DNA of 64,000 nt from the NCBI GenBank assembly GCA_030390025.1, contig CM059432.1, forward strand, positions 5,766,001 through 5,830,000. Reading direction: 5' to 3'. Under the pieces are notes generated by a model. It made no database searches. It was not told the origin of the DNA and saw only the letters and a program-made list of their open reading frames with translations. The DNA is from Squalus acanthias (taxonomy: Eukaryota). The translations under genes and the position numbers were made by a program. Below are positions 1-10,463 of this stretch, piece by piece; the first letter of the stretch is position 1, and each line of letters opens with the position of its first letter.

Positions 1-308
1 AGACAATTTAGAGGGAACATTGCTCAGGATGCGGCTATAAAGGACTGCGGTATCGCAAAATACGCCTGTAAAGGACTGTGATACAGCAGGGCTGAAATCT
101 ACACGATGCGTACCACAGCGAATAGCCCAATACAAGTAGGTGCACATTTTCTGTTCTTGGCAAGTGTGGGGACAGAATTTGAGCAAAGTGCCAAAATTCC
201 TTTCCGAGTAAAGTGAAAAGAAAGCTGCTGGAAATATCGCTACAATAATCACTCTTATTCACCAACCCGGATGGTGTTTGATTCTCCAGCAGAGATACCG
301 AATCATAC

Positions 309-397
309 CTGCTATGATGGCACTAGTTGTAAAGAAAACAAAGTTGATTGGCACCACTTCTGTTGCATTATAGAGTTGCATGGCTTGGTTCAAGAAT
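309..397 (-). CDS. NIPAL2: NIPAL2 coding exon (89 bp; probably exon 8)
   Basis: Reads ttgcag|ATTCTTGAAC...ATAGCAG|gtatga; translates (Q)FLNQAMQLYNATEVVPINFVFFTTSAIIA(G). Phase 2-1. The six exons join into one stop-free 225-codon frame. Confidence 0.93.
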
Positions 398-522
398 CTG
401 CAAGAAAGCATCATTGTTTAGTATAAGTAGCAAGTTCCAAATTCAGCTCACACAATCCAAGCATCTTTTCATTTCGTGACCTACAAAGTTTCATTCAAGA
501 GCTCCACAACACTCCGGTGAAG

Positions 523-954
523 AGACTTGCATTTATATATCGACCTTGGGCTGTCCCAAAGCACTTTACAGCCAATGAAGTACTTTTTGAAATGCAATCA
601 TGTATTTGTAATGTAGGAAACGCGGCAGCCAACTGTGCACACAGCAAAGTCCCACAAACAGCAATGTGATAAAGAGAGGTTGGTTGAGAGATAAATATTT
701 TCCAGGACACTGGGAATAACTCCCTGCTCTTCTTCGAACTAGTGCCGTGGGATCTTTTACGTCCACCTGAGAGAGCAGACGGGGCCTCGGTTTAACATCT
801 CATCCGAAAGACGGCACCTCCGACAGTGCAGCGTTCCCTCAGCACAGCATTGGAGTGTCAGCCTAGATTTTTGGGCTCAAGTCCCTGGAGTGAAACTTGA
901 ACCCACAACCTTCTGACTCTGAGGCGAGAGTGCTACCCACTGAGCCACGGCTGA
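523..954 (-). mobile_element. DeuSINE-type (SacSINE1-like) tRNA-headed SINE, near full length
   Basis: tRNA-like head (tggctcagtgggtagcac...gggttcaag), central domain (gtgccgtctttcggatgagatgttaaaccgagg...gtgtcctgg) and L2-like tail (tatataaatgcaagtct). More than a dozen copies or fragments occur in the window. Confidence 0.8.
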
Positions 955-1121
955 TACTACAGCAGTGCAGTACTGAGGGAGTGCTACACTGTCAGATGCA
1001 TTGGGCGCATCAGCCCTCAAGAGCATACACTCAGGGATTGGAGCAACAATACAACCAGGAACAGGGTTCTCGTGGGAAGGGGAGAAATGCTAAGGAAGGT
1101 GAAGGAAAAGTGGAAGGAGAT

Positions 1122-1533
1122 GAATGAGAAGAATGAGAGGTGATCTTATTGAAACATATAAGATTCTGAGGGGGCTCGACAAGGTAGATGCAGAGAGGGT
1201 GTTTCCCCTCGTGGGGGAATCTAGAACAAGGGGGCATAGTTTCAGAATAAGGGGTCGCCCATTTAAAACGGAGATGAGGAGGAATTTCTTCTCTCAGAGG
1301 GTCGTGAATCTTTGGAATTCTCTACCCCAGAGAGCTGTGGAGGCGGAGTCATTGAATACATTCAAGGCGGAGATAGACAGATTTTTGAAAAACAGGGAAT
1401 TCAAGGGTTATGGGGAACTGGCAGGAAAGTGGAGTTGAGGCCAAGATCAGATCAGCCATGATCTCATTGAATGGCGGAGCAGGCTCGAGGGGCTGAATGG
1501 CCGACTCCTGTTCCTATTTCTTATGTTCTTATG
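1122..1533 (+). mobile_element. CR1 (HER1-like) LINE 3' fragment
   Basis: ORF2 C-terminus RRMRGDLIETYKIL...FFSQRVVNLWNSLP, then the 3' UTR ending in ttcttatg repeats. Confidence 0.88.
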
Positions 1534-1655
1534 TGGGACAGTATGGCTGGATTTTGGCGGGTAAAAGAAGCAAGAAAGGTCGAAAACCCTGCGTAACTAC
1601 CCAAGAGATATTAGCAAAACAATACTGCAGAAGGTAATAAGGTCCTGGAAGAAAA

Positions 1656-2055
1656 AGATGAGAGGAGATCTCATTGAAACTTATAAAATGCTAACAGGGC
1701 TAGACAGACTAGATGCAGGAAGGATGTTCCCGATGGCGGGTGAGTCCAGAACAAGAGGTCACAGTCTAAAGATAAGGGGTAAGCCATTTAGGACAGAGAA
1801 GAGGAGGAATTTCTTCACCCAGAGAGTGGTGAACCTGTGGAATTCTCTACCACACAAGGCAGTTGAGGCCAAGTCAGTAAATATATTCAAGAATGAGTTA
1901 GATATATTTCTTAAGGCTAAAGGTATCAAGGGATATGGGGAGAAGGCAGGTACAGGGTATTGAGTTTGGATGATCAGCCATGATCTCATCGAATGGCGGA
2001 GCAGGCTCGAGGGGCTGAATGGCCTACTCCTGCTCCTATCTTCTATGTTTCTATG
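1656..2055 (+). mobile_element. CR1 LINE 3' fragment
   Basis: MRGDLIETYKML...WNSLP; ttctatgt tail. Confidence 0.88.
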
Positions 2056-2951
2056 TCATCAAACCAGAGAGGGCAGCCGTGCCAAGAATGCAGTTCACGG
2101 GGAGATTGTATCCCGAAGTGACTCTTTGCTCAGGGAAGTGGATTGTCTTGTTGGCGTAAGGACAATAGGTACAAGGTGGTGAGCTGTGTACCTGGAGCCG
2201 GAGCAGTTCATGTTAACAACAGTCAGCGTGGATTCAGAAGGGGAAGATCCTGCCCGACCAAACTCCTCGAATTCTTTGAGGGACTTACAACCCAAATGGA
2301 CAATGGGAAGTTGTATGGCAAGGTGTAGCTCAGGGCTTGGAAGATCGCTATAAATATGGTCTCAACTCTTCAACAGAACTCTATGCCTGAACTCTTTAAT
2401 AGAAACCCTCAAAATGGGAGACTAGAACTCGAGCTCTCCTGCTTGCTAACCTCCTTTGTGTTTTCTATATTGGGCGTTCCTGCTGAGGATGATCTTTGCA
2501 GGGAGCACTGGTCAGATCGTTGGGCTCCACATCTCTTCATTTTCTACCCAATTAAATGAATGGGGAACAAGTTCAAAGGTTATTTTAGTATTGATATCAG
2601 GAAATTCTTCTTCACACGGATCATGGCATAAACTCCAGCATAGAATAGTGGAGGCCAAGACCCAGGAATCATTCAAAAAACAGAAAACAATTAGATGCAA
2701 CAATGGGAGAGTGTTCGGATCACCAGGAAGGGATGAGTTAGGACGGGCCGAATGGTCTTTCCCATCTGTAATGCTCTTGTGAAACAGCGGATCAATTCCC
2801 CATGCACTGGGACAGCGAAGTTCTTTATGTCAGTTGTCCTCTGTAAGGAGCGGCTGGTGGAGATCAGGTACCTGCCTGTGGAGGACACCAGAGGGAGAAA
2901 TGTCCTCAGGCTGCTGTCATTGGTCAACTCACAGGCATGCCATTAAACGTC

Positions 2952-3086
2952 GGGTGAGACGTTAAACCGAGGCCCCGTCTGCCCTCTCAGGTGGACGTAA
3001 ATGATCCCGTGGCCATTATTTCGAAGAAGAACAGCGGAGTTATCCCCGGTGTCCTGGCCAATATTTATCCCTCAACCAACATCACA
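2952..3086 (+). mobile_element. DeuSINE internal fragment
   Basis: tgagacgttaaaccgaggcc...ccctcaaccaacatcac. Confidence 0.7.
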
Positions 3087-3296
3087 TTAAAAGGTATGAC
3101 GGTAGACAAGCAATGGCTAGCATTTAAAGAATTAATACATAATTTACAACAAATATACATTCCTTTAAGGCACAAAAACCCCACAGGAAAAGTGGTCCAA
3201 CCGTGGCAATCGGGTTGGCAGGCTGTAACTAGTGGGGTACCGCAAGGATCAGTGCTTGGGCCTCAGCTATTCACAATCTACATCAATGATTTGGAT
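3087..3296 (+). mobile_element. CR1 ORF2 patchwork (two non-contiguous pieces)
   Basis: 3087-3207 is nearly identical to 34617-34736. The sequence then jumps to the [24 protein letters not shown] segment. Confidence 0.8.
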
Positions 3297-3301
3297 TGAT
3301 T

Positions 3302-4610
3302 TGAGGCCCAAGCATTGATCCTTGTGGTACCCCACTAGTTACAGCCTGCCAATCCTCAATCCATGCAAGTATATTACCCCTAATCCCATGAGCCCTAACT
3401 TTGTTTAATAACCTCTTGTGTGGCACCTTATCGAATGCCTTCTGAAAATCCAAATACATCACATCCACTGGTTCCCCCTTATCTATTCTACTAGTTACAA
3501 CCTCAAAAAACTCTAACAGATTTGTCAAACACGATTTCCCTTTCATAAATCCGTGTTGACTCTGCCCAATCCTATTATTATTTAAGTGCCCTGTTACCAC
3601 GTCCTTAATATTGGCCCAGAAATTGCAGTGTGAGGGTTCGTGCGAGGGTAAGCCCTTCCCGCGATGTCTCACTGCGCGTTGGCTTTTTCAGTCCCAGCTC
3701 GCTGGAACTTCATGTTCCAGCCATCAGCTGCGAGTGCATCGTGATCCCACAGTGCGAAGTTAGTTCGAGCGTACTGTGGGATCACGTGACTGAGTTACAG
3801 CCAATGGCAGCACACCAAGCTCTCATTCATAGAATTCACAGCGGCCATTGAACTGCTGTGAAAACTAGGAATACAACAAGCCCCCAAAAGAAGAGCTAAA
3901 CCTCCATTAAATTAAAAAAAAAACCCATCACATAATTAAAATAAGTGTAATTAAATAAATTAACCTTTTTAAACAAAAAAATAAATTTTTGAAAAAATTT
4001 TAAATCTTTTAAAATGTTATAAAAATAAACTTACCTGTCTTTAAAGTCGCTACTAAAGATTTACCTGTAAAAAAAAATTCTAAATACTACTTAATTATGT
4101 ACTTACCTGGTTAAAAGAGTCTCCTGCGCTTCCTTTTTTCTTTTCCAGATTCTTCAATACTTACCTGCGTGCGCAAGCGATGAAGTGCACTGCGTGCGCG
4201 CAGCCTGTAGCGCGCACGCGGTGCACTGAGGACCCGCCCCCTTTTCGAAAGATCAATTGCCGGTTTTCAGTGCATGCTGAAAACCGGCAATTGAAGTCTG
4301 GCTGCGTGAGTGTACACTGTGCGTACTCTCGCGCAGCCGGATCAATTTCTGGGCCAATAGATTCTAGCATTTTACCTACTACTGATGTCAGGCTAACAGG
4401 TCTGTCGTTCCCCGTTTTCTCTCTCCCTCTTTTCTTAAATAGTGGGGTTACATTTGCTACCTTCTAATCCGCGGGTTAATCCGTTCTAGAATCTATGGAA
4501 TTTTGGAAAATGACAACCAACGCATCCACTATCTCTATAGCCACCTCTTTCAAAACCCTAGGATGTAGGCCATCAGGTCCAGGGGAGTTATCAGCTTTCA
4601 GTCCCATTAA
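3302..4610 (-). mobile_element. CR1 ORF2 (RT) fragment interrupted by a MITE
   Basis: QHGFMKGKSCLTNLLEFFE...YLDFQKAFDKVPH. CR1 sequence resumes at 4356 after the MITE. Confidence 0.85.
3613..4355. mobile_element. Non-autonomous DNA transposon (MITE, PIF/Harbinger-like)
   Basis: TIR ggcccagaaattg / caatttctgggcc; CpG-rich arms and an AT-rich core. It cleanly interrupts a CR1, with 3-bp flanks att/aat. Confidence 0.75.
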
Positions 4611-4618
4611 TTCGCCTG

Positions 4619-4850
4619 AACTCCCCTGCTCTTCTTTGAAATAGTGCCATGGGATCTTTTACGTCCACTTGAGAGAGCCTTGGTTTGACATCTCATCCGA
4701 AAGACGGCACCTCCGACAGTGTAGCACTCCCTCAGCACTGGACTGGAGTGTCGGCCTAGATTTTTGTGCTGAAGTCTCTGGAGTGGGACTATGAACCCAT
4801 GACCTTCTGATTCAGAGGCGAGAGTGCTACCCACTGAGCCACAGCTGACA
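4619..4850 (-). mobile_element. DeuSINE 5' half
   Basis: Head gtcagctgtggctcagtgggtagcac through gaagagcaggggagtt. Confidence 0.8.
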
Positions 4851-5065
4851 CATTTGGCTGGGAAATGCAGAAAGCTTGCACTTGTACACTTCACCGTGTC
4901 GAACTGTTCTGCTTAATTTATAATCCGAAGTACTTCTGAAGCAGTCATACTTCCCCAGAGACACGGATGTGGTGGAAATGCTTTTGCGTTCCTTCACTGA
5001 AACACAGACTAGAGCAAAAGATTCACGTTAGCTTCCTTTCCAAACTGTTTTCTAGTAACACTTAC

Positions 5066-5201
5066 TGTACTTGGAAAATACAAGATGCGATCATAACAAC
5101 AAGCATCACGTAGAATATAGGGTACAGGATCTGAAGCTCCCCCTTAATGGAACTCGTCACCATCCCAGACACGGCCTTTACTGAGATCACAGTCAATGAG
5201 G
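5066..5201 (-). CDS. NIPAL2: NIPAL2 coding exon (136 bp; probably exon 7)
   Basis: Reads ttttcag|CCTCATTG...CAAGTACA|gtaagt; translates (A)SLTVISVKAVSGMVTSSIKGELQILYPIFYVMLVVMIASCIFQV(Q). Phase 1-2. Confidence 0.93.
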
Positions 5202-5321
5202 CTGAAAAACACACAATCAATGAGGATTATTAGGCTTGAGTATTAGCAAAAGTAAAACAAAAACAAAAGGCATTTCACTTTCAGAATAAGAGAAATAGAA
5301 AGACTGGAATTAAACAGCCCC

Positions 5322-5546
5322 TTTCACGACCTCAGGACATTCCAAAGCGCTTTACAACCAATGAAGTACTTTTTTTGAAGTGTGGTCACTGTTTTAATGT
5401 AGGAAACGTGGCAGCCAATTTGCGCACAGCAAGCTCCCACAAACAGCAATGTAATAATGACCAGATAATCTGTTTTTTAGTGATGCTGCTTGAGTGATAA
5501 ATATTGGCCCCAGGACATCGGGGAGAACTCCCCTGAAAGACTTGCA
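5322..5546 (-). mobile_element. DeuSINE 3' half (chimeric variant)
   Basis: On the minus strand it begins tgcaagtctttcaggggagttctcccc and continues into the SINE 3' region. Confidence 0.75.
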
Positions 5547-5635
5547 CAAACCTTGGGCTGCAACTGGACCCTGTGCCCAGCATCCTGAAGCAGCAAAACA
5601 GAGCATGATAGGTGGCATCACACCCCTCTTACACT

Positions 5636-7470
5636 TGTGTGGGGGGAGTGGGGTGGGGGAGGGGGGAGTGGGGGGAGGGGGGAGTGGGGGAGTGGAGAGT
5701 GGGGGGAGTGGGGGAGGGGGGGTGGGGAGTGGGGCTGTGGGGGAGGGGGCAGTGGGGGAGTGGAGAGTGGGGCTGTGGGGGAGTGGGGCTGTGGGGGAGT
5801 GGGGGGGAGTGGGGGTGGGGGAGTAGGGTGGAGGGTGGGGGAGGGGGGGAGTGGGGGAGTGGAGGGTGAGGGAGGGGGGAGTGGGGCTGTGGGGGAGTGG
5901 GGGAGGGGGGAGTGGGAGAGTGGGGGTGGGGGAGTAGGGTGGAGGGTGGGGGAGGGGGGAGTGGGGCTGTGGGGGAGTGGGGGAGTGGAGAGTGGGGGAG
6001 GGGGGAGTGGGGGAGTGGGGAGTGGGGGAGTGGGGGAGTGGGGGAGGGGGGGAGGGGGGAGTGGGGGGGTGGGGGAGTGGGGGAGTGGGGGAGGGGGGAG
6101 TGCGGGGAGTGGGCGAGTGGGGAGGAGTGGGGGTGGGGGAGTGGGGGAGTGGGGAGTGGGGGTTGGGAGGGGGAGTGGGGGGTGGGGAGTGGGGGGAGTG
6201 GGGGAGTGGAGAGTGGGGGAGTGGAGAGTGGGGGAGTGGGGTGGTGGGGGAGTGGGGAGTGGGGGGTGGGGGAGTGGGGTGGTGGGGGGTGGGGGGTGGG
6301 GAGTGGGGGGTGGGGGAGTGGGGGAGTGGGGGGTGGGGGAGTGGGGGAGTGGGGGAGTGGGGGGTGGGGAGTGGGGGGAGTGGGGGTGGGGGTGAGGAGT
6401 GGGGGAGTGGGGGTGGGGAGTGGGGAGTTGGAGAGAAGGGGGAGTGGGGGGAGTGGGGAGTGGGGGTGGGGGAGTGGGAGAGTGGGAGGAGTGGGGGAGT
6501 GGGGGAGTGGGGGGGTGGGGAGTGGGAGAGTGGGGAGTGGGGGAGTGAGAGAGTGGGGGTGGGGGGAGTGGGGGTGGGGGGAGCGGGGGGTTGGGGGTGG
6601 GGGGAGCGGGTGGGGTGGGGAGTGGGGGTGGGGGGAGCGGGGGGTTGTGGGTGGGGGGGGTGGGGGGAGTGGGGAGTGGGGGAGTGGGGAGTGGGGGAGT
6701 GAGGGTGGGGAGTGGGGGGGTGTGGGTGGGGAGAGTGGGGAGTGGGGGAGTGAGGGTGGGGAGTGGGGGGGTGGGGGTGGGGAGAGTGGGAAGTGGGGGA
6801 ATGAGGGTGGGGAGTGGGGGAGTGGGGAGTGGGGAGTGGGGGAGTGGGGGAGAGTGGGGGTGGTGAGTGGGGGAATAGGGGGTGGGGGTGGGGGGAGCAG
6901 GGGCGTGGGGGGAGCGGGGGGGTGGGGGGGGGGGTAGGGGGAGTGGGGGTGGGGGGAGCGGGGGGGTGGGGGTGGGGGGAGCGGGGAGTGGGGGTAGGGG
7001 GAGCGGGGGAGGTGGGGGTGGGGGGAGCAGGGGGGTGGGGGTGGGGGGAGCGGGGGGGGTGGGGTGGGGGGAGCGGGGGGGTGGGGGAATGAGGGTGGGG
7101 AGTGGGGGAGTGGGGAGTGGGGAGTGGGGGAGTGGGGGGACAGTGGGGGTGGTGAGTGGGGGAATAGGGGGGGGTGGGGGTGGGGGGAGCGGGGGCGTGG
7201 GGGGAGCGGGGGGCGGGGGGGTGGGGGTAGGGGGAGCGGGGGGGTGGGGGTGGGGGGAGCGGGGGGTGGGGGTGGGGGGAGCGGGGAGTGGGGGTAGGGG
7301 GAGCGGGGAGGTGGGGGGGGGGGAGCAGGGGGTGGGGGGGAGCGGGGGAGTGGGGAGGGGGGGAGCGGGGGGGTGGGGGTCGGGGGAGCGGGGGGGTGGG
7401 GGTCGGGGTGGGGGGAGCGGGGGGGGTGGGGGGTCGGGGTGGGGGGAGCGGGGAGTGGGGGCGGGGGGGA
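5636..7470 (+). repeat. G-rich low-complexity tandem repeat (GGGGGAGT/GGGGGAGC-type units)
   Basis: About 1.8 kb of G-runs separated by A/T/C. Confidence 0.95.
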
Positions 7471-7573
7471 AGGGTTGGAAGGAGTTGGTCCCATTGAAAC
7501 TTTTCTCCAAGGTAAGCATGGAAAGAGTATTAAAGGGAAGTTGCGGCTATTCCACCTGGGTGTTGACTCTTAC

Positions 7574-7670
7574 CAAGTATTGAGGACATCAGCAGGAGAA
7601 TCACGATGTGTTTCAGGCCTCTCCTTTTATAGAGATACAGCAAAATACAGAACAATGTCAGTTCCAACGC
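7574..7670 (-). CDS. NIPAL2: NIPAL2 coding exon (97 bp; probably exon 6)
   Basis: Reads ttgcag|GCGTTGGAA...ATACTTG|gtaaga; translates ALELTLFCILLYLYKRRGLKHIVILLLMSSIL. Phase 0-1. Confidence 0.92.
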
Positions 7671-7904
7671 CTGCAAGAAAGCAGAAACCAGACGGTGCGG
7701 TTATAACGCTGCTCAGTTAAAATTCTATCTCAAACATTGAGAATTTGACTTGGATTAAAAAAATAAGAAAAATGTCTCCGGGAAATATTTCTCTCAGGCA
7801 TGAAAAGATCCGGTTTTGTGGGGCTGTGTCCCGGCGCCTGGAACACGTCGGATGCCATATCGGCTCGACCTTTAAAGCAATGCAGCCTCTTAAAGGTAAC
7901 TCTT

Positions 7905-8633
7905 TATTTTATTTGTTCACAGGACGTGGGCGTCGCTGGCAAGGCCGGCATTTATTGCCCATCCCTAGTTGACCTCGAGAAGGTGGTGGTGAGCCGCCTT
8001 CTTGAACCACTGCAGTCCGTGTGGTGAAGGTCCTCCCGCAGTGTGGTATACTTCCTTGTAGCGGTTTGTTACAACTGAGTGGCTTGTTCGGCATTTCAGA
8101 GGGCAGTTAAAGGTCAACCACATTGCTGTGGGTCTGGAGTCACATATCGCCAGACCGGGTAAGGACGGCAGATTTCCTTCCCTAAAGGACATTCGTGAAC
8201 CAGATGGGTTTTTATGACAATCTGATAGTTTCATGGATCACCATTATTGATACAGTAAACTCTTGTTTAAACGGCACTTAATCATCCGGAATTCTTTAAT
8301 AACCGGCAAAATAGATAACCGGTAATCTTGCCGAATCCATCCATTTTTCATTTTTCCGAGTCCGAGTTTGTGGTTTTTATTTTTTTTGTGTTACAAGTTG
8401 CCTACCTCTCTGTTATCCAGAATTTTTCATCAACCGGCACCATCCTGGTCCCATAGGTGCCGGATACGAAAGAGTTTACTGTACTAACTTATTGTTCCAG
8501 ATTTATTTAATTAACTGAATTTAAATTCCCCAGCTGCCATGGTTGGGATTTGAGCTCATGCCTTACACAAATCATTAGTTTGGGCCTAGATGGATTAACT
8601 AGTCTAGTAATATAACCACTATGCTACTGTACC
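7905..8633 (-). mobile_element. tRNA-headed SINE family B (interrupted by a MITE)
   Basis: Head gtagcatagtggttatattactagactag, body ggttcacgaatgtcctttagggaaggaaatctgccg, tail agggatgggcaataaatgccggccttgccagcgacgccc. Confidence 0.75.
8253..8481. mobile_element. Tc1/mariner-pogo (Tigger-like) MITE
   Basis: TIR cagtaaactctt...ggcac (20/25 match) and TA duplication at 8251-8252 and 8482-8483, inside a SINE. Confidence 0.8.
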
Positions 8634-8897
8634 ACTATAACCTTAAGGGGAGGGTAGCCTGGAAGGGCAGTCAGGGCAAGCCTCCTAATGCCCATTCACT
8701 TCACCAACCATGAAACAGAAGATCAGAGGCTGCACCTACTCATCGAAATTCTCCCAACGGAACGACCCAAAATGGCTGCTGAAGCAGATAAAGACTTTTG
8801 AAATGTCAATTTTGTTCAGTGCTGTGCTCGCAAGAAAAATGGCATTGTAACTATTACTTGTTAAAGATGTTTCGCTTCATTTTTGTTAGCAATACAA

Positions 8898-9352
8898 TTC
8901 GACACCATCCAGGACAAAGTAGCCCACTTGATTGGCACCCCATCCACCACCTTAAACATTCACTCCCTCCACCACCGGCGTACCGTGGCTGCAGTGTGTA
9001 CCATCTACAAGATGCACTGCAGCAACTCGCCAAGTGTTCTTCGGCAGCACCTCCCAAACCCGCGACCTCTACCACCTAGAAGGACAAGGGCAGCAGGCGC
9101 ATGGGAACACCACCACCTCCAAGGTCCCCTCCAACTCACACAGCATCCTGACTTGGAAATATTTCGCCGATCCTTCATCGTCGCTGGGTCAAAATCCTGG
9201 AACTCCCTCCCTAACAGCGCTGTGGGAGCACCTTCACCACACGGACTGCAGCGGTTCAAGAAGGCGGCTCACCACCTCCTTCTCAAGGGGCAATTAGGGG
9301 ATGGTCAATAAATGCCGGCCTTGCCAGCGATGCCCAAATCCCGTGAATGAAT
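8898..9352 (+). mobile_element. LINE 3' fragment (CR1-group, clade unresolved; partner of SINE B)
   Basis: DTIQDKVAHLIGTPSTTLNIHSLHHRRTVAAVCTIYKMH...WNSLP; tail gggcaattaggggatggtcaataaatg. Confidence 0.75.
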
Positions 9353-9411
9353 ACATTTTTTTAAAAGTTTCAAAAAACAATGGTACCATTTCAACTATTC
9401 CTTATTATTCC

Positions 9412-9805
9412 ACTAATAGTCCCGACTATTCCGGAGGTCTTTAATATTATGAATGGATTGGACAGGGTAGATGTGGAATGTTTCCACTTGTGGGAGAATC
9501 TAAAACTAGGGGCCCATAAATGCAAGATAGTTACTAATAAATCCAACAGAGAAATAAGGAGAAAATTCTTTACTGAGAGTGGTGAGAATGTGGAACTCGC
9601 TACCACAGGGAGTGGTCGAGGCAAATAGCTTAGATGCTTTCCAAATTAAACCAGACGAGTACACGAGCAAAAAGGGAATCGAAAGATATGCTGAAAGGCT
9701 GAGATGAGGGAGGTGGAATGGGAGCAGACTCGTGTGGAGTGCAAACACCAGCACAGACTGGTTGGGCCGAATGGCTGTCTCTCTGTCCTGTATATTCTAT
9801 GTAAT
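9412..9805 (+). mobile_element. CR1 3' fragment with a short palindromic 5' head
   Basis: actaatagtcccgactattcc followed by a CR1 3' end and attctatgtaat tail. A second copy lies at 31358-31757. Confidence 0.8.
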
Positions 9806-9912
9806 CTAAGTAAGTGTGGGAGACAGATTTTCCACATGGTGTTGTCCCTTGGTGCGGCCACAAAGAGGCGCACACATGCAGTGAGCTTGGCTGTGAGGGA
9901 GCTGAAGAGGAG

Positions 9913-10287
9913 CATCCGGAGATAAGAGTTCAAATCCCACCACGGCAGCTGGGGAATTTAAATTCAGTTAAATAAATAAATCTGCAATAAACAGCTAGTA
10001 TCAGTAATGGTGACCATGAAACTACCGGATTGTCGTAAAAACCCATCTGGTTCACTAATGTCCTTTAGGGAAGGAAATCTGCCGTCCCTACCCGGTCTGG
10101 CCGATATGTGACTCCAGACCCACAACAACGTGGTTCACTCTTAACTGCCCTCTGAAATGGCCCAGCAAGCCATTCAGTTGTCATGAAGGCGGCTCACCAC
10201 CACCACCTCCTCAAAGGCAATTAGGGATGGGCAATAAAGGCTGGCCTTGCCAGCGATGCCTACATCCCGTGAATGACTAAAAAAAAG
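9913..10287 (+). mobile_element. SINE family B, 5'-truncated
   Basis: gagttcaaatcccacc...ggttcactaatgtcctttagggaagg...gggatgggcaataaa. Confidence 0.78.
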
Positions 10288-10463
10288 CATTAATCGAGCC
10301 AGGTCCAACGCTCAGGGCAATTGAGTTCCTTCAAGCTGACAGATTCAATATCTCCTCCAAGCCAAGTTCTTCTGTGAGCCATGAGGACTCACCATTAGAA
10401 CAAAACCAACGGGGAAAAAGGGACGGTAGAGTTAATCCTATAATTCATCATCACAGTTTGATA

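Noticed and set aside
1..308. A further NIPAL2 exon (GIIFYQEF-like) or the 76-aa ORF at 35-265
   Set aside because: No matching peptide was seen, so the next exon must lie outside the window.
5494..7720. Long Pro-rich and Gly/Trp-rich ORFs in many frames (also 47254-47996)
   Set aside because: These are artefacts of G-rich low-complexity DNA; multiple frames are open on both strands.
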